From positions 1,881,946-1,945,945 of the forward strand of contig JAXGPZ010000001.1 of assembly GCA_040766725.1 (NCBI GenBank): DNA of 64,000 nt. Reading direction: 5' to 3'. Position 1 is the first letter of the stretch. Every line of letters begins with the position of its first letter. Below, one piece after another: positions 1 through 10,361 of the stretch. Both the position numbers and the translations under genes were made by a program. Below the pieces are notes generated by a model. That model was not told the origin of the DNA. It ran no database searches and saw only the letters and a list, made by a program, of their open reading frames with translations. The stretch is from Anaerolineae bacterium. GTDB taxonomy: Bacteria > Chloroflexota > Anaerolineae > UBA1429.

Positions 1-99
1 GCGACCAGAACCCGTCGCAGGGCCGGCCATGGCTCAAGAGCGTGTAGCTGCCCCGCTGCTCGGCCACCGAGACCCATCGGCGTCGTTCCACTACTCGGC

Positions 100-729
100 T
101 CATCCCCACATCCCCAGCATTCCCAGGTAGGTGACCCAGGCGCCGGCCGCGAGATAGGGCCCGTAGGCCATCCTGTCCTTGCGGCCTGCCGTGCGCGTCA
201 CCAACAACAGCACCGCGCCCGCCCCCCCGGCGAGCACCCCCAGCACGAGGCCCCGCACGGCCACTGGCAGCCCCAGCACCGCGCCGATGGCGATGGCCAG
301 CTTGACGTCGCCGACGCCCAGTGCGCCGCGCCCGATGGCCCCGAGCAGGCCGAACATCATCGCCCCAAACAGCGCCCCGGTGAGCGCCATCCGCCAGTTG
401 GTGATGCCCAGCGGCGCCTGTGCCAGGCCCCACAGCAACAGCAGCAGCACCAGCAGGTTGGGCAGCCGCCGCGTGGCCAGGTCGATCAGGCTCAGGGTGG
501 CCAGCAACGTCGACACCACCACCACGGCCACGATCAGGCGCAGCTCGAACCCGGCGCCCCCCAGCGCCAGCCCCAGCAGCAGGCCGGCCAGCACGGCCCC
601 CACCGCGCTCACGCGATGGACCAGCGGCGCCTGCCGCAGCGGCAGATACGCCCGCAGGCCCACCATCCCCAACACCCCGCCGGCCGCGCCGACCACAGCG
701 CCCAGCACGGCCTGCAGGGCAACCGTCAT
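100..729 (-). CDS. tadV: Type IV prepilin peptidase (A24 family, TadV/CpaA-like), polytopic membrane protein
   Basis: 209-aa very hydrophobic ORF with a GxGDVKL aspartyl-peptidase motif. Last gene of the Tad operon. Its ATG overlaps the upstream TadG-like stop (ATGA at 726-729). Confidence 0.7.
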   Translation of the reverse strand: MTVALQAVLGAVVGAAGGVLGMVGLRAYLPLRQAPLVHRVSAVGAVLAGLLLGLALGGAGFELRLIVAVVVVSTLLATLSLIDLATRRLPNLLVLLLLLWGLAQAPLGITNWRMALTGALFGAMMFGLLGAIGRGALGVGDVKLAIAIGAVLGLPVAVRGLVLGVLAGGAGAVLLLVTRTAGRKDRMAYGPYLAAGAWVTYLGMLGMWG

Positions 730-1823
730 TCGATCAGGCTGACGGCGAGCACGCTGCCGCCCCCCGGAGGCGGCGGGTCGCCGGCCGTCCCGCCACAGTC
801 GGTCGTGCAGTTGTCGCAGCTCACCGTCACACGGATCACGGTGGACTTTTTCGTCTGCGACATCTGCACTTCATGCTTGGTCGGGTCATAGCAGGGATAG
901 GTCCCTGCATCACAGGTTACTTCCCAGTCGGCCAGCGGTGGCTCGACGATGGCGCAGCCAAAGCGCGAGATCATGTAGGTGCCGCCGTTGGGGCAGCTTT
1001 TGCCCGCGGTGCAGCCCATATACTCGAACACCGGGATCTTGATCTCCATGCCCGTCTGGTCGATGCAGTCTGACACCACCGACTCGCGCACGCCGCCGAC
1101 GCCCGGAATGCACGAAGGCAGCACCACGCGGTCTTTGCTGCCGCCGCTGGTCACCAGACAGGACATCTCGTTGGCGCCACAGCCGGTCTGAATGCACCCA
1201 TCGGGATACAGCGGGTCCTGCGAATCCGAGAAATCGACCCAGCCACGGCCCGCGCCGGTGACAATGTCATCGATGCCGTCGTTATCCATGTCACAGTCTT
1301 CGAGATCGCAGTTGATCTCTTGCTGCTCGTTCTGCGCGTTCCACACATAGATGACCTTGTCGCAGTTGCGGTTCCACACTTCTTCGCTAAAGGTGAGCGG
1401 CCACAGCCCGCAAGAGCTCGTGGCCACGCCGCAGGCCGCGGCGGCAGTGGCGTTCACCGGGTACTGGTCGACGCCCAGCAGCCCGAGCAGCGTGGTGTTG
1501 GCCTCTGTGCCGGCCTGCACCCACACGACATAGCCGTTGGTCGGGTCGACATTGCCATCCTGGTCGCGAATCTCGACGATGACAGGCCCCAGCGCGCCGT
1601 TCGCCTCGGCATACTCGAGCGCCCGGGCCGTCGCCTGAGCGCGGACGCCAAAGCACAGCTCATGGGCGCCTGCCAGCGCGCCCGCGTCGGCAGCGTTCTG
1701 CATCTCGCGGCGTACCGACAGCCCTGCGCCCACGTCGACGGCGAGCCCTGCAAAGAGCAGCAACGCCACCAACAGCACCGCCACCCACACCAACACCTGC
1801 CCTTCAGACCGTGGCTGCTTCAT
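726..1823 (-). CDS. tadG: TadG-like pilus-assembly protein (Tad_N domain) with Cys-rich, Ca-binding-like C-terminal domain
   Basis: N-terminal TM segment followed by a Tad_N-type 'MQNAADAGALAGA' signature. The C-terminal ~250 aa carry about 20 Cys and a DxDxDGxxD loop (CDMDNDGIDD). The start is set at the internal MKQPR (1823) rather than the ORF start at 1859. Confidence 0.55.
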   Translation of the reverse strand: MKQPRSEGQVLVWVAVLLVALLLFAGLAVDVGAGLSVRREMQNAADAGALAGAHELCFGVRAQATARALEYAEANGALGPVIVEIRDQDGNVDPTNGYVVWVQAGTEANTTLLGLLGVDQYPVNATAAAACGVATSSCGLWPLTFSEEVWNRNCDKVIYVWNAQNEQQEINCDLEDCDMDNDGIDDIVTGAGRGWVDFSDSQDPLYPDGCIQTGCGANEMSCLVTSGGSKDRVVLPSCIPGVGGVRESVVSDCIDQTGMEIKIPVFEYMGCTAGKSCPNGGTYMISRFGCAIVEPPLADWEVTCDAGTYPCYDPTKHEVQMSQTKKSTVIRVTVSCDNCTTDCGGTAGDPPPPGGGSVLAVSLIE

Positions 1824-1858
1824 GTTTTTTCCGATCTGTTTGATCGGCCTCCCGCCCA

Positions 1859-2284
1859 CTAATCTCCGACACCATACACAATCATCTCAGTCGTGGCCCC
1901 GATCTCGATCTCGCCCATACCGATGATCCCCCCCAGGATCGTGCCATATGGATAGGTCAACGAGACCGTGATCGGCAAACCCTTGAGCCAGTTGCCCGCC
2001 GGGTCGGGGTCGATGGTCACAGCCACCAGGGCAGAGTCCAGCCCATTGAGCTCCAGCTCGTCGCGCACCGCATCGATCATTCCCGGCTTGTTGGCCGGGA
2101 ATCGGCTCGCGTACCGCGCGCCCTCGCGGCTGGCGTTGGTGATGGCGATCTTGGTGAACATCGCCCGGCCCACGTCGACCACGCCCACCAGCAGAATCAT
2201 CAACAGCGGCAAGACGAGCGCCATCTCGACGAGGCTTTGGCCTCGCTGGCGCCGACGCCGCCCGCATCTGCTTTCGCGCCACAT
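1859..2284 (-). CDS. tadE: TadE-like pseudopilin / pilus assembly protein
   Basis: 141 aa with 'RGQSLVEMALVLPLLMILLVGVVDVGR', the TadE/TadF N-terminal signature. Lies inside the Tad operon. Confidence 0.7.
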   Translation of the reverse strand: MWRESRCGRRRRQRGQSLVEMALVLPLLMILLVGVVDVGRAMFTKIAITNASREGARYASRFPANKPGMIDAVRDELELNGLDSALVAVTIDPDPAGNWLKGLPITVSLTYPYGTILGGIIGMGEIEIGATTEMIVYGVGD

Positions 2285-2287
2285 GGG

Positions 2288-4111
2288 TCACCGTCCTCCG
2301 GTAAACCACTCCTTGATCGCCTCGAGCCCGGTCGCCTTGCCGGGCTTTTGCTCTTCTTGATAGCGCACATAGAGCCCGTCGACCCAGCGGTTGAGGCGCT
2401 CTTCGAGCGTGGTAAAGGCGTTCTGGGTGCTCTCAGTCGCTCTCACGGCCGTTTCTGAGGCCAGCGCCCGCTCGATGTGCGGATGCACCTGCCGATACTC
2501 GAACAGGCCGATGATCACCAGTGCCAACACCGCCGCGATGCGCCAGCCCTGCCGCAACTCGCGGCCATAGCCCGCCGCGCGCGGCTCGCTCCGCATTGCC
2601 TTGGCCTGGCGGTGCTCAGCGATGGTGCCCGGCACCACGCTCACCGCCAGAATCGCCGAAACGAACAGCCGGCGCGCCTCGAACACCCTGGCCACACCCG
2701 TCGCCTGAGGGTAGAGCCCGTGCATCAGCCACAAGAGCCCCATCAACACCACCGCCAGGCTCAGGCCCCAGCCCAACACGCGCAGGAGCCAGCGCTCGAT
2801 GGCGTAAAAGTTCGGCCAGGCCGGCGGCTGCGCCAGGCCGCGAATCAGCCCCGTCAGCGCCCACAACACCGCCACCATGGCGCCCGCGCGCGCGGCAACG
2901 GTGCCGGCCGCCGCAAAGTCAAAGATGGCCCAGTCGAACACCAGCCCGGCGATCAGCCCGGCCAACAGCCCCATCAAGGGCCGCGCCACCCGCGTCGTGA
3001 ACCTCGAGGGCACCGGCCGCACGCGCACGGTGAGCGGCACGGTGTGCAGGTGATGGCCCTCTGCCGCGCTGATGGCCACGCCCGAGGTGCTCTCTACCGA
3101 CACCGGCAACGAGGTGGTGTCCACCGTCACCAGCACATTGACGCGGCCCGAGAACTGCGCCGGCTCCACCCGCACCCAGGGGTCCAGCGGCGTGAGCTGC
3201 CCAAAGAGGTGCCCACGGCTGCCGCGTCGTCCGATGATCATCTCGTGCCGCACGATCTCGTCGGCCAGCACATAGCCCATCTTGAGCTGCCTGGGGTGCA
3301 CCCGCAGCTCGGGCGGCTCGACATAGCCGCTGGAGAGCACAAACGCCTCGAGGGCGGCCCGCCCATCCGAGGGGTGCTGCTTGAGCGCCTCGCGCACCAG
3401 TCGCGCCAGCTCATAGGCGCCCTCCGAATCGAGCCACTCTTCCAGCGACCCGTCCAGCATGTGTTTGACGGCGGCGTTGCCGTGCCGGTCAAAGAGCCGC
3501 ACCATCTCCTCGAGCGTCCAGGCCTCGAGGTTGGCTTTGATCCAGCCGCTGGTGGCCAGCACAAAGGGCCGCGATGCCCTCTGGCGCAGCGCCAGCCGGC
3601 GCTGATCGAACGCCTCGGCCAGCGCGGCGCGCATCGTCGGCTCCTCGAGCCCCGAGCCGAGCGCCGGCGGCGCCTCGCGGATGCGCTGCACCGCCTCGTC
3701 CAGCAGGGCGATGTCGATGGCCCGCTCGGCGCCGAACACCACCGGCAGCTCCTCGCTGAACGCCAGCACCGCCCTGAACGGCGGCGCCAACTGCGGCGCC
3801 TCGTCGGTCAGAAACGTCGAGACGGCCTGGCGCGCCTCGCGAGCCACACGCAGCGGGCTCGGTCGCGTCTCACGGGCGCCGCCCTCGCCCTCTACCAGCC
3901 ACGGCTCTTCGCCGTTGGCCCACACCGAGCCCCGCCAGTCGCGCACATCCAGATGGTAGATGCCCGACGGCGCCAACACCAGCCAGCCCAACTCGTGGCC
4001 ATACACCACCGGGTAGGGCAGCACGTAAAAGTCGTCGGGCAGCCCATCCAGCATCGCCTCGTAGACGATGTCCGATTCGACCGACCCTGGTTCTGCAATG
4101 ATCGTTGCCAT
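2288..4111 (-). CDS. NERD-domain polytopic membrane protein, function unknown, embedded in the Tad operon
   Basis: N-terminal ~90 aa (DFYVLPYPVVYGHELGWLVLAPSGIYHLDVRDWRG) match the NERD (nuclease-related domain) pattern. A long Ala/Arg-rich middle region follows, then 4-6 predicted TM helices at the C-terminus. Spacing to the neighbours is 3-6 nt. Confidence 0.5.
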   Translation of the reverse strand: MATIIAEPGSVESDIVYEAMLDGLPDDFYVLPYPVVYGHELGWLVLAPSGIYHLDVRDWRGSVWANGEEPWLVEGEGGARETRPSPLRVAREARQAVSTFLTDEAPQLAPPFRAVLAFSEELPVVFGAERAIDIALLDEAVQRIREAPPALGSGLEEPTMRAALAEAFDQRRLALRQRASRPFVLATSGWIKANLEAWTLEEMVRLFDRHGNAAVKHMLDGSLEEWLDSEGAYELARLVREALKQHPSDGRAALEAFVLSSGYVEPPELRVHPRQLKMGYVLADEIVRHEMIIGRRGSRGHLFGQLTPLDPWVRVEPAQFSGRVNVLVTVDTTSLPVSVESTSGVAISAAEGHHLHTVPLTVRVRPVPSRFTTRVARPLMGLLAGLIAGLVFDWAIFDFAAAGTVAARAGAMVAVLWALTGLIRGLAQPPAWPNFYAIERWLLRVLGWGLSLAVVLMGLLWLMHGLYPQATGVARVFEARRLFVSAILAVSVVPGTIAEHRQAKAMRSEPRAAGYGRELRQGWRIAAVLALVIIGLFEYRQVHPHIERALASETAVRATESTQNAFTTLEERLNRWVDGLYVRYQEEQKPGKATGLEAIKEWFTGGR

Positions 4112-4117
4112 GATCGC

Positions 4118-5136
4118 CTACGCCATCACAGACTGCTGATCGATCAGCCGCTCGCGCACAAACTGACCCTGCGGCTCGATCCTGAAATGCGCCGCATCGA
4201 GCCGGAACTCGAGGTCGACCGCGGCCATGCCCGCGCGGTTCTTTTCAACGCTCAGCACCAAAAAGCCGCGCATCTGCTCGCCGCGCACCGGATCGTTCAA
4301 CAGGTGCTCGCGGCTCACGATCGCGTGCTTGTTGTTCACCACCAGGCCGATGTCGGCCTCGTACTGGATGGCCGAGCTGCCGCGCAGGTCGCTCAGGCGC
4401 ATACGCGGCGACTTGAGCCCCGAGCGATCGGCTGCGGCGATGGCCACCACGCGCGAGCCGGTGTTGAGCGCCATGTCCTTGAGGCCCTGAATGACCTCGG
4501 TCATGCGCTCGTCCTCAGACTCGATGCGCACATCGGTGTTCACCTTTTGCAGGTAGTCGATGACCACCAGCAGCGGCCTGTCGATGCGCTCACTGATCTC
4601 TTGCGTCCACACCTCGACCGCGCCCAGGGTGGCGCTGGTGCGGCCGGGCCGCGCCAGGTGCAGTCGCTCTGAATAGGCCATCATCTGCGCCACCACAGCC
4701 CCATAGCGTCGGCTGCCTTGCAGCGCTGCAATGGGCCCGCGGCTGTCAGACGCGTCCATCGCCGACTCGTCGAGCCGCTTGAGCGTCAGGGCCTGATCGA
4801 ACGGCATCACGAACGCCGACTCGAGGCACAGCAGCCGCGAGATCAGGTGCTCGGGCTCGTGCTCGTAGCAGATGTACAGCGCGTGGGCGCCCGACTCGGA
4901 CTTGACCACGTTTCGCGCTAACTGCAGGGCAAGGATCGTCTTGCCCACGCCGCTGGGCCCGCCCAGCACCACCAGCTCACCGCTGCGCAGCCCGCCCCCG
5001 ATGACCTCATCTAGCGGCACGAACCCGGTTGGCAGCGGCCAGCGGCGCATGGCCTGCGCGGGCGTAACGCCGTCGATGGCGGCCAGCGTCTCACGCGCCG
5101 TCACCGGGCTATACTCGAGGGCATCCTTCTCGATGC

Positions 5137-5140
<4 letters not shown>
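4118..5140 (-). CDS. RecA-superfamily ATPase, DnaB C-terminal/KaiC/FlaH-like (AAA_25-type), standalone
   Basis: PTGFVPLDEVIGGGLRSGELVVLGGPSGVGKT (DnaB-C 'TGF..LD' plus Walker A) and LLVVIDYLQ (DnaB-type Walker B). No DnaB N-terminal domain. The ATG at 5140 overlaps the cpaF stop TGA (ATGA). The ORF-track start at 5146 is a GTG two codons upstream. Confidence 0.6.
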
Positions 5141-6516
<1,376 letters not shown>

Positions 6517-6526
6517 CGCTCTGGTC

Positions 6527-8386
6527 TCACCTCACCCAAATCGGGTCATACTCGTTGTAGGCGGTGTTCGAGATGTTCGTGATGCCGCGCCCCTGCGCGT
6601 CCATCACATAGATCTGGTTACGCAGCTCGCGGTTCGACCAAAACACGATCCGCGAACTGTCGGGCGACCACGAGGGGTGTTTGTCCCACTCCCATTTGTT
6701 GGGGGTGATGTTGCGCACACCAGACCCGTCGGGCCGCATGGTGTGGATATCATCGCTGCCAGAGGCTTGGCTCACAAAGGCAATGGTCGATCCATCGGGC
6801 GACCATACAGGATCATAGCATAGTCCTCCGGCCTCGGTCAACTGCCTTGGCTGCGGATTCGGGAACTGCGACGTCGGCGGGTCCTGGATAAAGATCTGCG
6901 CGATGCCGTTCACACTGCGCACAAAGAGCGAGTAGCGGCCGTCGGGCGAAGAGCGCTGCGCCTCGACCAGCTCCTCGTATTGTATGCGCAGCGTGCTCGA
7001 GCGCCCCAGGTACTCGCGTTGTGAGCCGTCGGGCGCCATCACCCAGTAGCCGGGATAGTCCTCATGGTCGCTGACAAAGACGATCATGTTGTGATAGGCG
7101 TTGAGCGGCCGCGGTGTGGGCACCGGCGTGGGCGCGCGCGGAGGCGCCGGCGTGGCCGTGGGCAGCGGCGTGGGCGTGGGCGTCGGTGTCGGCGTCGGCG
7201 TCAGCACCGGCACGATGTCGACGATCCGCTTCTCGGCCAGAGCGCGATCCTCCACCGGCAACAGGCTGGCCTCGACATAGGCCGCATAGGCCATGCCCAC
7301 GTCGCCCGCACTCTGATACTGGTCGCCCAGGTTGATATAGGCCGTGTACAGCATGGTGAGCACGTTGGCGCGCATGAACGCCGGCCGCCGATCAAAGACC
7401 GCGCGCAGCAGCCGCGTGGCATCGGCCCAGGCCCCGCGGTTATACATGATCTGCCCGCTGAGATAGTCGTTCACCACATCGCGCAGCAGGGCCGCCGTCG
7501 CCTCGCGCGGGCGCAACACCAGCGCCGCCTCAAAGTGCTTGACGGCCTCGGGCAGCGCCTCGGGGTTCTCGGGCCCCCTGTCCATGATCGCCTGCCCCAC
7601 CGCCAGGTGCAGCTCAAAGATCTTGGCCCGCACCACATCGCTGCGATACGAGGCGTCGAGCCGCTGCACCTGTTCATACAGCGCCAGCGCCTGATCCAAC
7701 TCGCCCGCCTCTTCGCTGGCCACCGCCTCGTTGAAGAGGGTGTCGCGCTGCTGCAGCCGGCCGATGTCGACAATGCGCGCCGCCACGTCGCGGTAGCCGG
7801 GACTGTCCACCTGCAGCGCCACATACTCGGCCATGGCCTCATCCAGAGCGCCGGCATCTTGCAGTGCCACAGCGCGCTCATAGCGCTCGAGGATCGCCGC
7901 GTCAGCCTCGATGCTCGCCAACAGCTCTTGCGCCCCTTTGTACTCGGGCGCCGCGGCCAGCAGCCGCTCTACGCGCTCCGCTGCCTCGTCATACTGACCG
8001 CCGGCGTAAAAGGCCTGCGCCTCGGCGAATAGCGCCTGCTGCTGCCGCTGCACCTGCGCCGACTGCACCTCGGGCAAGAGCTGCTGGCTGTAGATGCGCC
8101 GCCCGCCCCAGCCTGCCAGCAGCACCACCGCCAACAGCAGCGCATAGGTGGCCACGCGGCGCCAGGGGATGATGGCCCAGCGCGCACGCACGCCGCGCCC
8201 CTCGATGCCCGCACGCAGCTCTGCCTCGTCCAGCAGCTCGCGCGCGTCCTGGTCTCCGGGGTAGGCCTGCAGCACCTCTTGCAGCAGGGTGCGCACGTCC
8301 TTCCAGCGTCCCTGCTGAAACGCCTTGCGCGCTTCGATCAACGCCTCGTCGCGGCCCAGCCGCTCCACGTGCCCTTTTCTGGCCAT
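6527..8386 (-). CDS. Membrane-anchored TPR-repeat protein with (PT)n linker and C-terminal TolB-like beta-propeller
   Basis: One TM helix (WRRVATYALLLAVVLLAGW) and multiple TPR-like helical repeats. An LTPTPTPTPTPTPLPTATPAPPRAPTPVPTPRP linker follows. The C-terminus carries PD40/TolB-type repeats (SPDGRYSLF, SPDGSTIAFVS, SWSPDSSRIVFWSNR). Confidence 0.65.
   Translation of the reverse strand: MARKGHVERLGRDEALIEARKAFQQGRWKDVRTLLQEVLQAYPGDQDARELLDEAELRAGIEGRGVRARWAIIPWRRVATYALLLAVVLLAGWGGRRIYSQQLLPEVQSAQVQRQQQALFAEAQAFYAGGQYDEAAERVERLLAAAPEYKGAQELLASIEADAAILERYERAVALQDAGALDEAMAEYVALQVDSPGYRDVAARIVDIGRLQQRDTLFNEAVASEEAGELDQALALYEQVQRLDASYRSDVVRAKIFELHLAVGQAIMDRGPENPEALPEAVKHFEAALVLRPREATAALLRDVVNDYLSGQIMYNRGAWADATRLLRAVFDRRPAFMRANVLTMLYTAYINLGDQYQSAGDVGMAYAAYVEASLLPVEDRALAEKRIVDIVPVLTPTPTPTPTPTPLPTATPAPPRAPTPVPTPRPLNAYHNMIVFVSDHEDYPGYWVMAPDGSQREYLGRSSTLRIQYEELVEAQRSSPDGRYSLFVRSVNGIAQIFIQDPPTSQFPNPQPRQLTEAGGLCYDPVWSPDGSTIAFVSQASGSDDIHTMRPDGSGVRNITPNKWEWDKHPSWSPDSSRIVFWSNRELRNQIYVMDAQGRGITNISNTAYNEYDPIWVR
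7105..7215 (-). repeat. Low-complexity (ggcgt/ggtgt)n coding repeat encoding the Pro-Thr linker
   Basis: Visible run ggcgtgggcgtgggcgtcggtgtcggcgtcggcgtc on the + strand. It encodes (TP)n within the TPR/TolB gene, so it is a coding repeat and not a mobile or CRISPR repeat. Confidence 0.6.
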
Positions 8387-8397
8387 GTACTCCCCTG

Positions 8398-9342
8398 TCA
8401 GCCCCCAGATGCGGCGCCGAGCGTCTGCAGAATGCGCGGAATGCTCGGGCCAAGGATGAACACGAATAGCGCCGGAAACACCAAGAAGACCAGCGGAAAC
8501 AGCATCTTGATCGATGCTTCATGCGCCAGTTGCTCGATGCGCTGGCGCCGCTTTTCGCGGATCAACGCCGCTTGCGAGTGCAGCACGTCGGCGATGCTCA
8601 CGCCCAACTGCGCCGACTGAATCAGTACCGCCACAAACGTGCGCAGCTCGGGCACGTCGGCGCGCGTGGTGAGGCGTTGCAGCGCCTGGTCGCGGGGCGT
8701 GCCCACGCGCATCTCGAGCACCGTGCGGCGCAGCTCGCGCGTCAACGCGTTGTCCCAGCGCTCGGCCACCCGCAGCATCGCCGACTCGAATGCCAGGCCC
8801 GCCTCCACCGAGATGGTGAGCATGTCGAGCGCATCGGGCAGGCGGCGCGTGATCTCTTTGCGGCGCTGGCGGATCTTGCTGCCCAGCCACAGCGATGGCA
8901 GCAGATAGCCCAGGCCGGCCAGCACCAGCCCCATCAGCAGCCCGTTCGACAGAGTGCGCGTGCGCGCGCTCACCGCAAACCCCAGCGCGCCCAGCACGAT
9001 GCCCATCAGCACGCGCAGCCCCATAAAGTCGATGGCGCTGAGGTTGTAGGGGTTGCCGGCCTGCACCAGCTTTTGGCGGGCGTCCTCGACGCGCGCCACC
9101 GGCAGCCGCCTGGCCAGCCAGCGCACGAATCTGCGGAACGGTGGCACCACCAACCGGCGCAGTAACCCGGTCGTCTGCAGGTCCTGGTCGCGCGCCGGGC
9201 GCTGGCCCGCATACGCCTCGAGCCGCTGCTTGTCGGTGCTGGGCCTGCCCGGGCGAATGGCGAGGGCGCCAAACATCACCACCAGCGCAATCAGCGCTGC
9301 AAAGATGGCTGGGCCTACGGTCACAATGGCACTCGCGCTCAT
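8398..9342 (-). CDS. tadC: TadC (type II secretion system F-family inner-membrane platform protein)
   Basis: T2SSF domain. Start chosen at MSASAIV (9342), which has a GGAG 9 nt upstream; the ORF extends to 9492. Confidence 0.75.
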   Translation of the reverse strand: MSASAIVTVGPAIFAALIALVVMFGALAIRPGRPSTDKQRLEAYAGQRPARDQDLQTTGLLRRLVVPPFRRFVRWLARRLPVARVEDARQKLVQAGNPYNLSAIDFMGLRVLMGIVLGALGFAVSARTRTLSNGLLMGLVLAGLGYLLPSLWLGSKIRQRRKEITRRLPDALDMLTISVEAGLAFESAMLRVAERWDNALTRELRRTVLEMRVGTPRDQALQRLTTRADVPELRTFVAVLIQSAQLGVSIADVLHSQAALIREKRRQRIEQLAHEASIKMLFPLVFLVFPALFVFILGPSIPRILQTLGAASGG

Positions 9343-9359
9343 CGTGGGCATTCTCCTCG

Positions 9360-10310
9360 CTAGACGTCGATCGCCACGATGCGTTGAATGAGATAATAGC
9401 CGATCGCCTGCAACACCACGGCGCCGATCGGCAGCGCGCGGAACGGCCCGGGCTCGAGGAAGGGGTCGTAGAAGGTGGGCTCCAACAGCCACACCACCAC
9501 CGCCAGGCCGATGGGCAGCACCGCCAGGATGTTGCCCGATAGGCGCTGCTGCGCCGTCAGCGTGCGGATCTCGCCCTGCAGGCGGATGCGGTCGCGGATC
9601 GTCTCGGCGATGATCTCGAGCGTCTCGGCCAGGTTGCCGCCCGTCTGCCGCTGCACGTTGATGGCCGTCACCATCATGGCCACGTCGTCTGAGCCCACGC
9701 GCTGCGCCAGCTCTTCGAGCGCATCGGTCAGGGGCTGGCCCAGCTCGACGGCCTGCACCACGCGCGCAAACTCGGCCGCGCTGGGGTCGGGCATCTGCTC
9801 CACCACCAGCCGCAACGCCTGGTTGATGCCCTGCCCCGCCCGCAGACCGCTCACCAGCAGCGTCAACACGTCGGGGAGCTGTTCGTTCATCAGCCGCACG
9901 CGCTTGCGCGCCCGGCCGTTGAGCAGCATCTGCGAGCCCAGATAGGCCAGCACCGCGAACAGAATGCCCGCCAACGCGCCGCGCACGGCCAACCCGATCA
10001 CCAGCCCGACCACAACCAGGCCGATGGTGATCATGGTGAATTCAGAGGCGGTCACCGGCAGGTCGGCCTGTGAGAGCTTGAACGCCAGCGCCGATCCCGG
10101 GGTCGACGATCGCCGATTGCCAAAGAGGTGCCGGGCCTTGCGTTCGCTCTGTCGTGCCTCGCGGTCGAGCCCCAGCTCTTTGATGCGCTGCTCGATCGGG
10201 TCGCGCGACTGGGATGCCTTCCACAGCCACACAAACACCAGCAACGTCAGCGTCGCCATCAAGAAAGCAAAGACCAGCGGCCCCGCGCCTACCGATGCTG
10301 CGGCCCCCAC
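9360..10310 (-). CDS. tadB: TadB (T2SSF-family inner-membrane platform protein)
   Basis: Three TM segments plus a T2SSF-like cytoplasmic domain (LVSGLRAGQGINQALRLVVEQ). Sits next to tadC. Confidence 0.75.
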   Translation of the reverse strand: MGAAASVGAGPLVFAFLMATLTLLVFVWLWKASQSRDPIEQRIKELGLDREARQSERKARHLFGNRRSSTPGSALAFKLSQADLPVTASEFTMITIGLVVVGLVIGLAVRGALAGILFAVLAYLGSQMLLNGRARKRVRLMNEQLPDVLTLLVSGLRAGQGINQALRLVVEQMPDPSAAEFARVVQAVELGQPLTDALEELAQRVGSDDVAMMVTAINVQRQTGGNLAETLEIIAETIRDRIRLQGEIRTLTAQQRLSGNILAVLPIGLAVVVWLLEPTFYDPFLEPGPFRALPIGAVVLQAIGYYLIQRIVAIDV

Positions 10311-10361
10311 GCTTCTGTCTCTCCTCCTCGCTCAGCGCCGCGCGGCAGCAGCGCCCTGATG

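Noticed and set aside
1-99. Possible 5' end of another minus-strand gene (M-G-L-G-G-R-A-A-G-Q... reading leftward from about position 90) continuing the operon
   Set aside because: Only about 30 codons are visible before the window edge. That is too little to assign a product or even confirm coding.
2477-4672. 731-aa + strand ORF (also 2521-3000 and similar) antisense to the NERD and ATPase genes
   Set aside because: Arg/Ala/Pro/His-rich, low-complexity translation typical of antisense frames in about 70% GC DNA. It overlaps well-supported minus-strand genes and has no motifs.
7105-7215. Tandem (ggcgt/ggtgt)n nucleotide repeat, considered as a possible CRISPR or minisatellite element
   Set aside because: It is in-frame coding sequence for a Pro-Thr linker. 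It has no spacer-repeat periodicity and no flanking cas genes.
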